Shown here one piece after another: positions 26,130-39,200 of a stretch of DNA of 64,000 nt. The DNA lies in assembly GCA_013115125.1 (NCBI GenBank), contig JABANN010000038.1, positions 1-64,000 on the forward strand, read 5' to 3'. A program made the position numbers and the translations under genes. The stretch comes from Perkinsus olseni (taxonomy: Eukaryota). Below the pieces are notes generated by a model. That model ran no database searches. It was given only the letters and a program-made list of their open reading frames with translations, and had not been told where the DNA came from. Within the stretch, counting starts at the first letter, position 1. Each line of letters opens with the position of its first letter.

Positions 26130-27613
26130 TCAACGTCTGCGGCGTCTATCACCGTCTTTCCTACGTTCCTCGGAATTCCTCATGAGGATGACCAGAATTC
26201 GGACCTGAAAAGACCCCACGGGAGCACGACTGAAGCCATGTGCTCACCAGAGCGGACAACAGTCTCGGCATATTCCCGCACGGAAGTGATACGAGATGAA
26301 AAACAGAACGAATGCCCTCAGCATTTGCTAACGAACCGTGGGTCAGCAATGGAAGCTATTTGAGCCCTATCGCGTAGGTCAGATGAGCCGACCGGTGAGG
26401 AGCAGATTGAGCAGTTCTTACGAAGATGGCGACGAGGTCGGTGTAGAGCTCTCCAGCTGCCTTGATAGGGTCTCTATAACCACTGTAGAAAGACTCGATG
26501 GCCACTTGGGTATCGAGTAGGACGTAACCCATGAAGACCAGCAGCAGTCCGTACAAGTTCAGGTTGAATACCTGAGATGTGGTTCATACAACTCCCGAAT
26601 CTGGTAAGAGATACTACCAGATTGGAGCGGAAGAAGATGTTCCCTAGGTTGACCAAGGCCATATACAGCATCACCGAGCTCAAGATTGAGCCTAGGTAAA
26701 GCCACTCTCGTCTGCGCGAGAATCTGAGGACAGATCTTCACAGCCTTCGGAGTGTTCTAGGGTTACTACATGGCACAGGCTGAGAGGCAGGCGAAGATGG
26801 CCAATGTGCCGTAGAAGGCTGTCATCAGAAGATCAGGATCAACCTACAGCAAACCGCCCTACGGTAACGAAATTGCCGTCATACCGAGCTCTCGTTCACG
26901 CTCAAGCACCAGCAGCCGACTCGCCATCCAGACTCTGAGGGCCTATGGAACTCAGTGAGTTCCATAGGCCCAGTGAGTTCAACTCACCGCCATCGAGTAG
27001 TAGATGAGAGGTCCCAAGGAAACTCCCTTCAGAAAGGCGAAGCCTGCGAACATAGCCAAACGCTTCGGGTCGATACGGTCACTGTACGGGTCAGTTGTGT
27101 ACATCGACCCCATCAGAAGGGCTATGGACATGATCGCGGTTATGAAAGAACCGATTTGAGCTACCTGCAATCATCAACCGGAATAAAAAGCGCCACTTTC
27201 CCACCGCCAAACCGGCAGTACTACCTGTACATGGAACCAGCAGCCAGCGGCTGTGCACGCCACACCAATGGTCAGGATCCCGTATCTGATATCAGCTGAT
27301 GAGTCGCAGCTTGTAAGATGCGAAGGCTAGTTTATATTTGTCGTTAAAAAGTCGTGTCCGAATTCTCCCCAGGCCGCTCAGGAGCAGCCAGTACAGACGC
27401 CCACTGAAGAACATTTTTCCTGCTTCCCAGCTGAGTCTCCTATTTGTCGCAGAAGCTCATCTCACTATACCATCCCAACAAGACTCACATCTTCTGCAAA
27501 TGCTTCCTAGCTGGAGCGTCCAAAGGCTTGAAGCTGAGAACCGCCGACGGGTTGAACCTCGACGCGGTGTTGAAGATATTCGTGAAATTTTGCATTCCAA
27601 AAGTACTGCCCAT
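26130..27613 (-). CDS. BI1: Bax inhibitor-1 (TMBIM6-like) membrane protein, multi-exon
   Basis: FKPLDAPARKHLQK; RLAMFAGFAFLKGVSLGPLI; LYGLLLVFMGYVLLDTQVAIE..YRDPIKAAGELYTDLVAIFVR|ILVILMRNSEERRKDGDRRRRR*. Confidence 0.88.
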
Positions 27614-27770
27614 AGAAAAGAAGGATACCGAGGGATGCAGTCCGAACAGCACAACACAACTGTTCACCAGTAAGCAACATCAACCGCGGTATATGAACAC
27701 CACTTGCATCACCATTCACCAATTACTGCAACAGGAAAAATCCGGAGGGCACCAAACGCTCGACGGACGA

Positions 27771-28488
27771 TCAGCAGCACATCCCGCCTCTCTTGCATCT
27801 CCTCGCTCCAGAACGGCAACGCCCTTGAGATTGCTTCTCGGACTCGGATTCGATGCCCGAAATACCTAAGCAGAGGAGTCATATGATGTGTGGAATGCAT
27901 AGAAGACAGAAACCGTCGAATGGTCTACGACGTCCCACTGAGTCAAGTTTTTTCTAGACTTCAGATGATAACCCGAGAACGTAGGAGAGTATTGACAACC
28001 GACTCCCTATCACCGTAAGGATTCGGAAATGCTCCGTCATAGTAGTTACCGTACGCTGCGCCCGCAGTAGCTACAGTGGCATAAGTCGGATACCTACGAT
28101 GACACATAAACGCGTGGCTGTCGCTGCAGACACTCACCCGTACGGAGCAGCGTAGTGCGGCTGCCCATAGACTGCGGTATGCTGCGGTTGCTGGTGAGCT
28201 GCAAAGGCAGTCCCTGGATGAGCAACGTAAGTGTACTCAGCGGGTGAACGCCCCGAAACTTGGGTCCTAAGAAGCGGCTCATCCCGACCGCCGATATTCA
28301 AAATATCGCTACTGCCGGTCCTCATCTTCAGAAACTCCATGTGACGGGTGTGAGGGGTTGAGCTGGTTGCTGAGAAAAGACCAAAAATCAATTCCAAAAA
28401 TTTGTTCTTACCCGAGCCCGCACTACCTCGTACCGACCACGGTATAAACCGGAGTCGGATTCGCCGTATTCGGAGCGGCGCTTGACAT
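27771..28488 (-). CDS. Small Y/P/A-rich hypothetical protein ending in -CC
   Basis: Phase-compatible 3' exons: ..AVYGQPHYAAPY|ATAGAAYGNYYDGAFPNPY|GISGIESESEKQSQGRCRSGARRCKRGGMCC*; probable first exon MSSAAPNTANPTPVYTVV. Confidence 0.4.
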
Positions 28489-28599
28489 TAAAAGGCGGTA
28501 TCAAGTCAACTGAGCGGATCCAGACCGCACTGGAGTGACATAGTTATTGTGGTCCAGAAGCGCTCACTTATTATGATCATTTCCCGTTATCATGAGTAA

Positions 28600-29815
28600 C
28601 GCATGACTAGCGCCGAGTGGCGGGGACCCGCGATTCTAAGTTCTCCGCGGAGCCCCTCGGCAACAGAAACTTCCCGTCTTGTGCCGACGAGTATCTTCAA
28701 ATTCCCCGGCTTCCCTCCTGGTCCCGACATCCCGGTCTCCCTCCACGTTCACGGAGATGCCTAGCACAATCTGATCCCCGCGAAAAAGCTGCGACGGGTT
28801 ACTTAGTCATCAGAAGACCCAGACACGTACACTACGGCGAGGTAGTTTCAGAGTCGCTCGGTGACCGATGCAGCAGACCCTCGGGGCCAAACAGAGTGCA
28901 CCGTCGTAATGCCCTTATCCTGAAGAGTTTCGACAAAAGGTTCAACACCTAGCAAGCTTGTACTGTTGCGCCAAATTCGGACTGGTAGTATCGATCCGTA
29001 GACACTGAGGATCTCCTCTAGCTCCTGTCCTAATCCTGTGCTAATCCAAGTCTCACTCGTGTGACACACTGTGTCCCAGGAAAACCGTCTAACCGGCCAA
29101 AAACTTGAGGGCGAAAGGGCTTTGATTGATCCACGGATTTCTAACCAGAAACGAAGATAGAAACTAGATTGATCGCGAAAGCGAGCTGAACCATCCCAGC
29201 ATTACGACGCTTCCCCGGTCCCGGAGCTCCCATATCTCTAGACGAATGAATTGATAAGACGACACCAAGAAATGAGGACGAAAAATCGTCAAGCACAGCA
29301 GTGCCAAATTCATGCCTTTCACAACCAACGAACGTCAGCAACAGCCGGCACTTCTCCGCTTAGTTCCTCTATTACTACTAACTTTCAGCCCGTCGATATG
29401 CCTGGAAGGTGAGCTGAAGTGCGTTCGACCGGGCACGCCATTTCTATCATCCTGGTCCGTCTCAATCCCCGTTATACCTGAGCGCTGGATAAGGCATCTC
29501 GCTCAAAGCAAAGTGCTCTCACCGAAGTTAGAAATACCGAAGCTGTCACTGTATGCCATCGTCCGGGACGGCGATGAGCCAGGATACTCAGGTCCACCGG
29601 TAAAGATCTGCGGCGGTACAGCGCTATAAGACTCGTGAAACCACCTGAAGCTCGGCGATGAGCGAGGGAAGTCGCCCCATGCTCACAGACACTGGCGCCG
29701 CCTGCGGCTGGGAGTAATATGGAGTTCCAGCCAGTTGCTCTCTTACGCACTGTGATGGAGGAGTTACTTGAAACGTAGGATGCTCGCCTGGTCGAGGATG
29801 AGAAGGTGTCGCCAT
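28600..29815 (-). CDS. Possible multi-exon hypothetical protein
   Basis: ATG-led MATPSHPRPGEHPTFQVTPP.. and downstream coding-like segments; exon chain unresolved. Confidence 0.25.
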
Positions 29816-30175
29816 GCAGAACCGGAGAACAACCCTTCCAAGGATCACGGAATTAACAAACACGGCAACCCTTATGGCTCAACACAAACTGCTTAGCAGT
29901 TCACTCCGATGAAAACTAACCAATGTTGAACCATACCAATCGCTGCGCTACTCAACTTTACGCAGAAACCAACGGCAGGAGAGGCGAAGGGCAACAAAGG
30001 AAATGGAATATCATCAGTACAATAACGGTAGCTTGCTAATCGTATCACTAGGAATAGGATCAGCTTGTATTAACTCTAAATCATCTTGACAGAAGCTATT
30101 CTGCCTCCAGGTTCTCCAGCAACATCAACCTCCCTTAGGGCGGCGAATGACGAAGTTGAAGGGAGGTAAGACGAC

Positions 30176-30805
30176 TTACTGGGGAGCGAAGGAGCTGCAG
30201 AGACCGGCACCCTTCTCAGTGGCGGTGGAGGCGACAACGAGGCCAACAATGAGACCGTAAAGACCCAGTGCTTCGGCGAAAATCAAGATAAGGATCATAC
30301 CGACGAAAAGCTTGGGCTGCTGAGCGTTGGCACGGACACCAGAATCACCGACAATACCGATGGCCAAACCGGCAGCCAAGGAGGAGAGACCGACAGTCAA
30401 ACCGGCACCTAATGAGAAACAAAATGAGCGAATTCACACAGAATCGGTGAAATTGACTTACCAAGGTGGGCGTAGCCAGAGTACTGAGAGTAGGTGGCGG
30501 GGGTATCCATCTTACCGTTAATAATAACGGAAGTGATAAGACCGTAGATACCCAACACACCGGCCATAACGACGGGAATGATAGATCGCATCACGAGATC
30601 AGGCCTCATAACACCCATGGAGCAGATACCGACACCGGACTTGGCGGTACCTGGAGAGACTGAAGTGAACCGAGCCGGGGAGAGAATTTAACTTACCGTA
30701 GGCGGCACCGAGGTTGGCAAAACTGATGGCGGCAGTGATACCCATGAAGCCAAAGAAGGCGGAGCTGGGCTCGCAAGCGGCAAGAGCGGTAGAAGCAGCG
30801 AACAT
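30176..30805 (-). CDS. ATP6V0C: V-type H+-ATPase 16-kDa proteolipid subunit c; exons 30805-30697, 30650-30462, 30408-30176
   Basis: [97 protein letters not shown], with the conserved TM4 Glu; GT-AG introns in phase. Confidence 0.97.
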
Positions 30806-30879
30806 ATCCACTAGTAAGTCGTTAAAGAAAAAACTTGAACTGATGAGACGACGTGAGAACGAGAAATGGATAGCTTCGC

Positions 30880-31723
30880 TGAGCTAAGGTAGCCCGAACA
30901 CAAAAACCGCAGTTTAACACTGGGAAAGAATCTTCAAGGCCATGCTCATGTAGATGTCTCAGCGGCCGAAGACTCACCAGTCTGGGCATCACCCTGAGCT
31001 CAAAAAACATGCTGAGCATCTTCGCAAGTGTGCCTACAACTGTGTCGGAAGAGACGGGTTGTGGAGCTGGCCGGTGACTATCATCACCGCCGAGATAGAA
31101 GGTCCTGAAAAAAAGCGGAAAAACAAACCACGGCTGTTGTCACCGTACCTAGACTCTTGCCAGTCTTCACCCACAACGGGAACCGTATGCATCAGCCCTC
31201 GCCACAGATCTTCACGGGCCGCCGATGGTGCCAGACCCACACCCTCACAATCTCACAAAAGACACGAGACGCTCCGAACGCAGAACATACGAGCTAACCA
31301 CATTACAGAGATAAGTCCTATCGGAGAGACGCAGACACTTGACGATCTGAGAGCCACAAGGAGACTCGAAGAGAAGTCCCAGCTCATCTACCAACGTACC
31401 CGCTCTTGCAACTCCCTTGTATTAGCATCGGGAAGGGGCAACTCAGGCGGCGGACGTCCACCTCGACGAAGGGGAGCTACACGGTCAGTGGCCGAGAAGA
31501 AGGAATACGGGTAATCCGATGGCACACCACGAGACCACGACATGACCGCCGAGCTACGGCTAAAGATAAGCTGAATAGTGGAAACGGCTATTTGAGTAAA
31601 TGCAAGAGTCCAAGATTTCACTTCTTGACGATCTTGGCCGATCCCGGCAGAATCCCCCTCAAGGATGTCTCCTCGGCTGCGTAGAAACCCGAACGCCCCG
31701 ACTTGAGCCGACGCTGTGCTCAT
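30880..31723 (-). CDS. Possible small hypothetical protein
   Basis: Coding-like exons (DYPYSFFSATDRVAPLRRGG..RELQERVR; WFVFPLFFRTFYLGG) with splice signals; no family recognised. Confidence 0.25.
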
Positions 31724-32901
31724 CGGATGGATTGGAAGGGTGGGACCCTCATTGGACAGATGTCTAGGGTTTTGTGCTCGCTGTGCGGTGCCACTTCGTC
31801 GAAACGTATTGCCGAGAGCTTTTTCTATCGTAATGGAAGCGTTCGATTTTTTCGCAGTCGTTTGACGCGATGTCTAGGACTTAGAGTAGATATTGCGCGG
31901 GTGAAACCTCACCCCGAATGCTTGCGATCACGCTGGCGGCTGTCAAGGGGGTCCCGGGTTGGTCGCTGCGCTCGCACGCTTATTCGCTCGACCGTCGAGC
32001 ATTCTTCCCTTCACACTGGTCATTGCAGCAGCTGCAGTGCAGCTTCGTTGCGACTGTTGAAGAGCGAGGTTTGGACAGGCGGTACTATAGCAATGTGTTG
32101 TTGTTAGAAACCTGTTGTTACCACCAGGTTGTGTCACGGGCGGTACTTAGTACGCGGTGCTTGAGTATTGATCTACACATTAACGCCAATCACGAGTCAG
32201 CTCGGCTTTTCTCTGGGGTATTTCTCAATACTAATACACACTTTCTCAGTCGAAGAACTCCCCGCACTGAATGGGTGGATGGAGAGATTTCTGTCCAGCG
32301 CTCAAAAAACATTAAAAAGGAACTCGGCTGTTTGGCGACTTCGACTTCGAGGGTGTGAGCTGCCAAGATGGTGACGATTTGGATGGCTTTGAACTTGAAA
32401 CCTTCGACCGAGGTACCGGTACAAGCTGGCCATCGTATCGGTTGATTCAACGTGCTTCTTACTCGTCCCAATGTTCCCATGCCGAGTCTCTGCTCCAACT
32501 CCCTTCGGCCTCCTCCGATTTTGTAATCACCTGCTGCTCGTTGTCCAGGCTGCAACCGTCTCTATGAACGACATTATCGGGGTGTGATCTCGCGATTGTA
32601 ACTTCAGTCCAGCAGGAGATTTTCCGTCTTCGAGCTTGCGTGATTCATCGCGATAAAACCCGTCTCGCTGTGGAGTGTTGGTCAATTGCGTTTGTAGTAC
32701 GATAGTCGGCAGCTCGAAAGGTCGTCGCTACGGGATCAATGGGCTGTAAGCTTTCGTGATCAACCAGATGGTTATCCGGGAGCAAGGAGTGCACCCGTAT
32801 GAACGCCTTCCTGCCCCCGGATTAGTTTCCTAGCGTTATTTGGTGCCGCGGGTCATTGATGGGAATAAAAAACGGGAGGTCCTCAGTTTCTCCTTTGCCA
32901 T

Positions 32902-35890
32902 CATGACTCGTAGTGAGTCCCCCGATGATCGCAGAAGGAGGCGTTCCAGCAGGGATGACCGCGATAGGCCCTCTCGCTCCGGTCGCCGAGGTAATGAGGT
33001 TGAGATCGGTCCTGCTAGGCATCAGGGCCTCAGGTGAAAACTCGTCGCCCAGTACACGCCGGGATCGCTCCGAAGACAGGGGTCGCAGAGAGAGGCGGCG
33101 AAGCCGGTCGGCTAGTCGTGATCGGCGCCACTCCAGTAGACGCCACGAAGAGCGTCCTAGAGATGATAGAGAAGTCAGCCCGAGGGAGAGAAGGGACGAC
33201 GAGCGCAGACCGGGGGGTGACAGAAGAGACGTAGAGGAAAGGGTATCGGAGGAGAACCGAGAGCACCACCGCGACAGAAGGGAGGCTTCAGACCGTCGCA
33301 GAGACGAACATGAGTATGTTCTCTGTGACAACAGCCAGCCGTAACTCTTGTCTGTCTCGACCTCAGGGAGAGTCCGAGGCAGCCTCCTCCGAGGATTGAA
33401 CGTAGGGGACCTTTCACTCCGTTCAGTGGGGGCAAAGGCAGCGGCAAAGGATACTGGGGAAAGGGCAGGTCAGAGGCTTCCCCTGCTTGTCTTGGATCTA
33501 TCGTAGCTGAGAAGAGTTTTGGTATCTCTTTTCAATGCGAGTTCCTCACTCGTTCCGTTGCTCGCTAGCTCCGTGAATACAAAATGCGCCGAGTAGTCGC
33601 GTTCGATCTTGCAACTGATCTTCTGTGTCCGACTAGATTCGGGGACAGTCCCTTCGGCAAAGGCAAAGGGAAGGGATTCGGCGGTAAGGGCTGGTCCAGT
33701 GGCTCAAGGGGCTTCGTTTGGAAGCATGACAAATTCGAGGAGGAGATGAAGGCAGCAGATGAAGCACCGGCAGACGAGAAAGAGCCTGAGAATAAAGAGG
33801 TAGTGAGGGTAGGGAGGAGTTCGGGTTGGGGGAAACCGCGTAGCGGCCTTCTCCCGTTACTCCCCCGGCGTTATCCGTTAGCCTCGATGGGCCGCCTAAG
33901 TTTGAACGGTTCATTATTCTCAGTCGCCGAAGGAGACCTCTCCGGCTCCTACTCCGGGAAGCAAGCCGATCAAGTTCGATCTCTATGCTGAGAAGCTGGA
34001 TGAGAATGTCGTTCAGGCTGTGTTAGACAACGTCAGAGAGAGAATTGATAAGTAGCGAACATCGGTTTGCGCTTTTTTGAGATTTTCTCACACAGACGTC
34101 GTGAAGTTATGAAGCAGAAGAGGGAGGAACGCGATGCCGAGATCAAAAGAATGATCGAGGCAGGAGAGGACCCCTTCGCCAAAAGACCGCGGGAAGGTTA
34201 TAAGGGGTTGTATGCATCTACCGTTGAATATGGAAGCAGTTCGAACGCCCTATCAGTCCGTAGGCCTTGATGGGATCCACCGTTCTCTTCCGTTTTCTGG
34301 GCGCACGTCGTGCGTCGCCCGATACGACACATTCTCTCAATATAGCCATCAACACTATGCGCTGCTTCGTCATAATTACTGATCAACCATGTAGGAGTGT
34401 GTTCATTGTTATCCTATAGACCATAATTTTCACCAAGGCATGGGTCTATAAGTGGGTACGTATGAGGAACAGCGTTACTCAACAGCAGACGTTGCGCTAG
34501 TTGTGAGCGCGTCTTGTGCGCGTCACGGCAGTGCCTGCACGCATGGGCCCCATTCCCGTGCAGGTTCGGTGTCGCTAGAGCATTGTGCTACTATCTCACG
34601 ATCAGTTGTTACACGCTTTCAGGAGAAAGATCGGCAGGTTTTTCGAGAGATCAACCCGGTCGATGGGTTCGCGGAGGCCCTCTTCAAGATGGGGATGAAA
34701 TTATAGAGCGACCGAGCAGTACGTTTGCCATTTCGAGCTACTCTGATCCGCTCGGTCCTGCAGGTAGGAGAGTTACCAGAGGAGATATGCAATCGGGTCC
34801 ACCGGATCGTCGGGAGAACGAAGCCAGATTTTCGGGCGGAGCTACCGTTGGAAGCGGAGGTCAGTGGGGCGATATACGAGGGAGTGAGTGTAATCGGAGG
34901 TCGCCTTTAGGAGAGGCCACGCAAGCACGACAAGGATTCGACAGGAGTATCCCCGAGCGAGGAAGTCGTAGGGAGGCCGAGTCTAGCGCAAGACGAGAAG
35001 CGAGAAGTCCAAAGCGTACCCGAGAGGGTGAGATTCGTGGACGATTTGGTGTTACGCTGCTCGTCGACTGCACAATTTCAGATGAGCGTCGTGAATCGAC
35101 AGAGCCGCTCAGAAGGGAGGAGAGGGAGGATAGGCGGGAGAGAGAAAGTCCATTGTCGAGGCATCCCCATAGGGGATTGAAAATGGAGCAACAAGGACGT
35201 GGAAGCAGCCCGGGTGACCGCGACAAGCTCCGTGACCGTTCGAGATCAAGGAGCCAGAGAAGGGACGGTGGTAGTAATCCAGGAGGGTGGACGTCAAAGG
35301 TTCGTCATCGTATTCACGAAGAAATTAACGAAGGACGGCTGTGGATTGTACGGCCTCCGACGTCACCGGGAGCGTATCCTAAGACAACGCATTTCTGTCT
35401 CTGGAGACAGTGACGTGACGCCGTCACGCTAACATCTTCGTCGTTCGAGGGGTTCGGTATGCGATAGGTGATCTTGCTCATCGGCGTGCCATCTCATCTG
35501 GGGTCCTATTCCCGTTCTCGGGCTCTACTCCCGAGCCACACAGTGTGGAGGAGGGCGCACTTTTGGTGTGTAGTTTTCTTCGGATGAACAGGGGACAGCG
35601 GTGCGCCATACTCGAGGGGTTACCGTCGTTCCACTCGATTCGCCGTGTGGCAGCTGGTTGTTCCTTGGCAGATCGGAGACGATCCCCATTCTCTCCTAGT
35701 AGACGAGAGAGGTCCCGCAGTGGCAACCGCAGAGATAGCCACAGGCGAAAGAGGAGTTCCAGCAGAAACTCGGTCAGTTGGGCTGCCTCCCCGCGTGCAA
35801 GAGGCAGACAGGCTCGCCACTAGCTACACTCAGCAGCTTGAGGGAGCTTCCTCTCGTCAGGTACATCGGCGCTCGACACGCAGATAGAAC
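32902..35890 (+). CDS. RS/RE/RD-rich protein, putative splicing/mRNP factor, multi-exon
   Basis: MTRSESPDDRRRRRSSRDDRDR..; many RSRS/RRE tracts; GKG tracts followed by FVWKHDKFEEE; REVMKQKREERDAEIKRMIEAGEDPF. Confidence 0.6.
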
Positions 35891-36235
35891 GGCCTCGGTT
35901 GGATTGGACGATACCGGAGTATTTTCTTTGATTCGTGGCGTATTGCGTTCCCTTCGTCCTTGCAAAAGAGCCGCGCTGTCCCTATGAGACACGTTGCGCG
36001 CGTTCAGAAACGGTCTCTGCTCCACCGTGTCTCCAGTCGGCTTTCGCTGCCCCTCCCTTTTTTCATCCGTACATTGCGATGAACGCTTAAAAAGATGGTC
36101 CTGCAACTTCGGGCAACGATAGTATCAGCAGACAGCGTCACGCCTACTTTTGGTAGGCAATACACTATGTAATCACACGATCAACCTCGGATGTGCGTGG
36201 GACCGCAGCTCACAACGACACGTTTTGTGCGCGGC

Positions 36236-39200
36236 ATGCCCTCTTCGACCAGGTACACGGTGAAGCTCCATCTCTTTGGTGGCCGTTCCGGTGCAGGCGA
36301 CACCTGGACGGTTTATCGTCGCTATAGCGCTTTCAGCGAAACGGATCACACGCTCTACAGGTCCGACAATAGCGCGCCACGCGCCACGCGTCGCGTGCAC
36401 GCGTCCGCAGTGGCGCTGTTCCTCTCGCGTCAAAGCTATCTCCTCGAAGAGTTCGCGCAATCGACCCGTTTGTACCCTGCTGGTACAAACGATCACTCAT
36501 TCACTCCAGACTGTCTTCATTCGATGTGTTGCGACTCTGAGAATCCTCTGTTCGACTACTGCGCATCAATCTTCGCGGGATCCCGGGCTCGACAAAGAAG
36601 TTGTCGACTTGTGCGCGCGGGACGTCAAAACGAGTCGCAGAGTGTTCCGTCGCTTCGACTGTCAGACTGCTCCTCTCGGCCCCCGAGACCGTAAAAGATG
36701 CTGTGGACTTACCAGAACTACCACCAAAGACCTTGCTCGGTGATTCTTGGCCTTGGCCGGTTTGTCGTCAACAGCTGTCTGGTTAGTTCCGCGCCTCGAT
36801 CCTGAGTTCGTTGCCAAGCGGCGGGAGGGACTCCAAGCTTACTTGGACAATCTTTTGCCTTCTCTGCAGGAAATGACGCCGAGTATGCAGAACGTGGTGA
36901 GCCCCTCGAGGCACCACCAGGCCGGGCTTGCAGCCGTTTCATCTCCTCAGGTCTGTGAATTCCTCGAGGTGCCCATTGGTGTTCGACCGGACCTTTGCAG
37001 CCCCTCCACTGCGGTCTCGAGGCAACTGCCTTCGAGCGAACTGAGCGGTAGACCGCCGGTGTCAGATATTTGGCAGCTCCGAAGGCCTCTTTCTTTAGCT
37101 CGGTCGTTCGGGGAGCAGTTGCGCGGCCCCGACAGCATCGACAACTCCCTGCATAGGGTCAGCCCGCTTCCCACGCCCTCTGGGCCTAGAACCGAGCAGC
37201 AAAAGAAAATGACGCCTGATGAGACTGCGAGGGCCAAGCTGGAGGCATTCGTGGAGAAGGTACCTTCGCCTGCGTCCGGGCGTTTCCCACCACGTTGCGC
37301 AGCTCCTTCAGCTCAATGAGGCCCAGGAAGAAGCAAATTCCCCCAGCGATGATATCGAGGACGAGGATGTTAAGAACGACAAAGTAGATCCTGAAGAAGC
37401 TTCCTGAGTTTCTGATTGTTCATAATAAGGTGCAAATCATTCGAGATTTCGAGTACTGGTTCATCCAGAGCAAGCCTCATTTCCGAGAACCTTCCGTCCA
37501 GCTTCTCTTCGTCGGATTCGACCCCACTGGTCGCACCTATGTGTACGGCGAGAATCCTCATCCTCAATACGGGAATAGCGCTCACCCTGTAGGGCTGCTA
37601 CCTGAGGTGCGCCATGCTTCCCTTCTCGTCGAACTGGACTTTGCCTCGTTTAGGTCGGCAACTTCTCGGAGAACCCTCCAGTGTCAGCTTGCGCGGCTCT
37701 AGGCTTCTTGCGGAAGTTGCTCTCTTTCGAGTACAACAGCGAGGCCGGTATTTACACTCACGTGCTCAAGTCCTTCCCAATGAGCGTCATTCAAGCCATG
37801 CACCTAGAGGGGCACATTCATTTGAACCGAGGTAGCTAGGTCGCCTCATTACTCAGTCCTCTTTCACTCACGGTTAGGCCAGTCTAGCCGCTTGTATGCC
37901 TTCCAAATCACACGGACGATAATTCCGCCTGGAGATCGCTTGCTAGATCTGCTCAACGGGGACGAATGGGCTGTTTCCGAGTAAGCATAGGACGATGACG
38001 TTTACGTCTAGATCAAGCTGTAGGTTTTCGACATGGCTGAAGATTCTGGGAGGTGGACCGGCCGTCTCCGGGATGGTCGGTGGCCCTCCGGGTGTTTTGG
38101 TGAGCCCGTATGTGCCATCGGTCGCTGAGGATCGAGATCGTCTCAGGTCCAACGACGAACCCACGCACCGAGGAACATGAAGTCATCCATCCATGGTAGG
38201 AGAATAGGAAGGCTGGTGACTCACGGTCGTCTCTGTCAGGACGCCAGAATTCGCTGGGGGGACGGCAGAGCATTCGACGGGGGACCCAAGTGGGAGGTGA
38301 TGTTATTTATCGCTCTCAGCCCGAGTAGCAAACGTGTGAGCTCAGGTACTGGCCGAGGTGGCTTGGATGTGCGGAAAATTGCACAGGACGCTCTGCTCAA
38401 GGTCTCGACTTGCGTATCCACAATCACTTACGACGAGGACGGGGAAGAAGAGGAAGAGGGCGCCACTGATGGTGAGTGGGCCGCTAGGCATTCAAAGTTC
38501 GAGTGTCTCCATTGGCCATCACGGCAGGTTCTGTGAATTACTACGACTCTTCGACGCTGCCTCCGACTACCGAGAGCGACAACGACTCGGACACGAGTTT
38601 TGATCAGCATAGCTGGCGGAGGGTCACGCCACCCAAGGAGTTCGGGGAGACCCTCAGACAACCTTGCAATGTACAAGCCTGCGTGAGTGGTGGCTCTACT
38701 CACGGTCAGCCTCAGGTTCGTGTTGACTACCACCGCCTGGCCACCGTCCCTCCTGAGCACATGGCTAGGGCGAGGCTTCTCCATTTGCCGTTTCATCCCG
38801 AGTAGCAGCCACTCCTCCGCAGCTGTCACTAAACGTCCTCTTCAGGTACGTCGGTGCCCTCATATACGACCACAAGGCCTTCATCGACAGCGTACTGGAG
38901 CTTGACACGCAGGGAACATTACCCAAGCCCGTATGCTGAGCGATAAGATATTCCTAAACAGTGCAGTTTCATTGCATCTCTTAGGTTCGAGATAAGGTTT
39001 TGGAGTTCTCTTACACACACTACAATCCCCTACTCCACAACGTTATGACCTTGTCTCTGCCGTCGAGGAAGCACGGTAGTTCCAGTGTCCGCTCGGAAGT
39101 AACCTCTATGTCATTTCGTGACAGATATGCAGATGGGCGACTCGGCTGCAAGCCCTCGAAGCATGACGATGGCGGCTTCGGTCGGCTCGCCAGTGGCAGG

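Noticed and set aside
31721-31729. Divergent ATGs only 3 nt apart (minus 31723, plus 31727)
   Set aside because: Both gene models are weak, so at least one start is probably wrong; not claimed as a real overlap.
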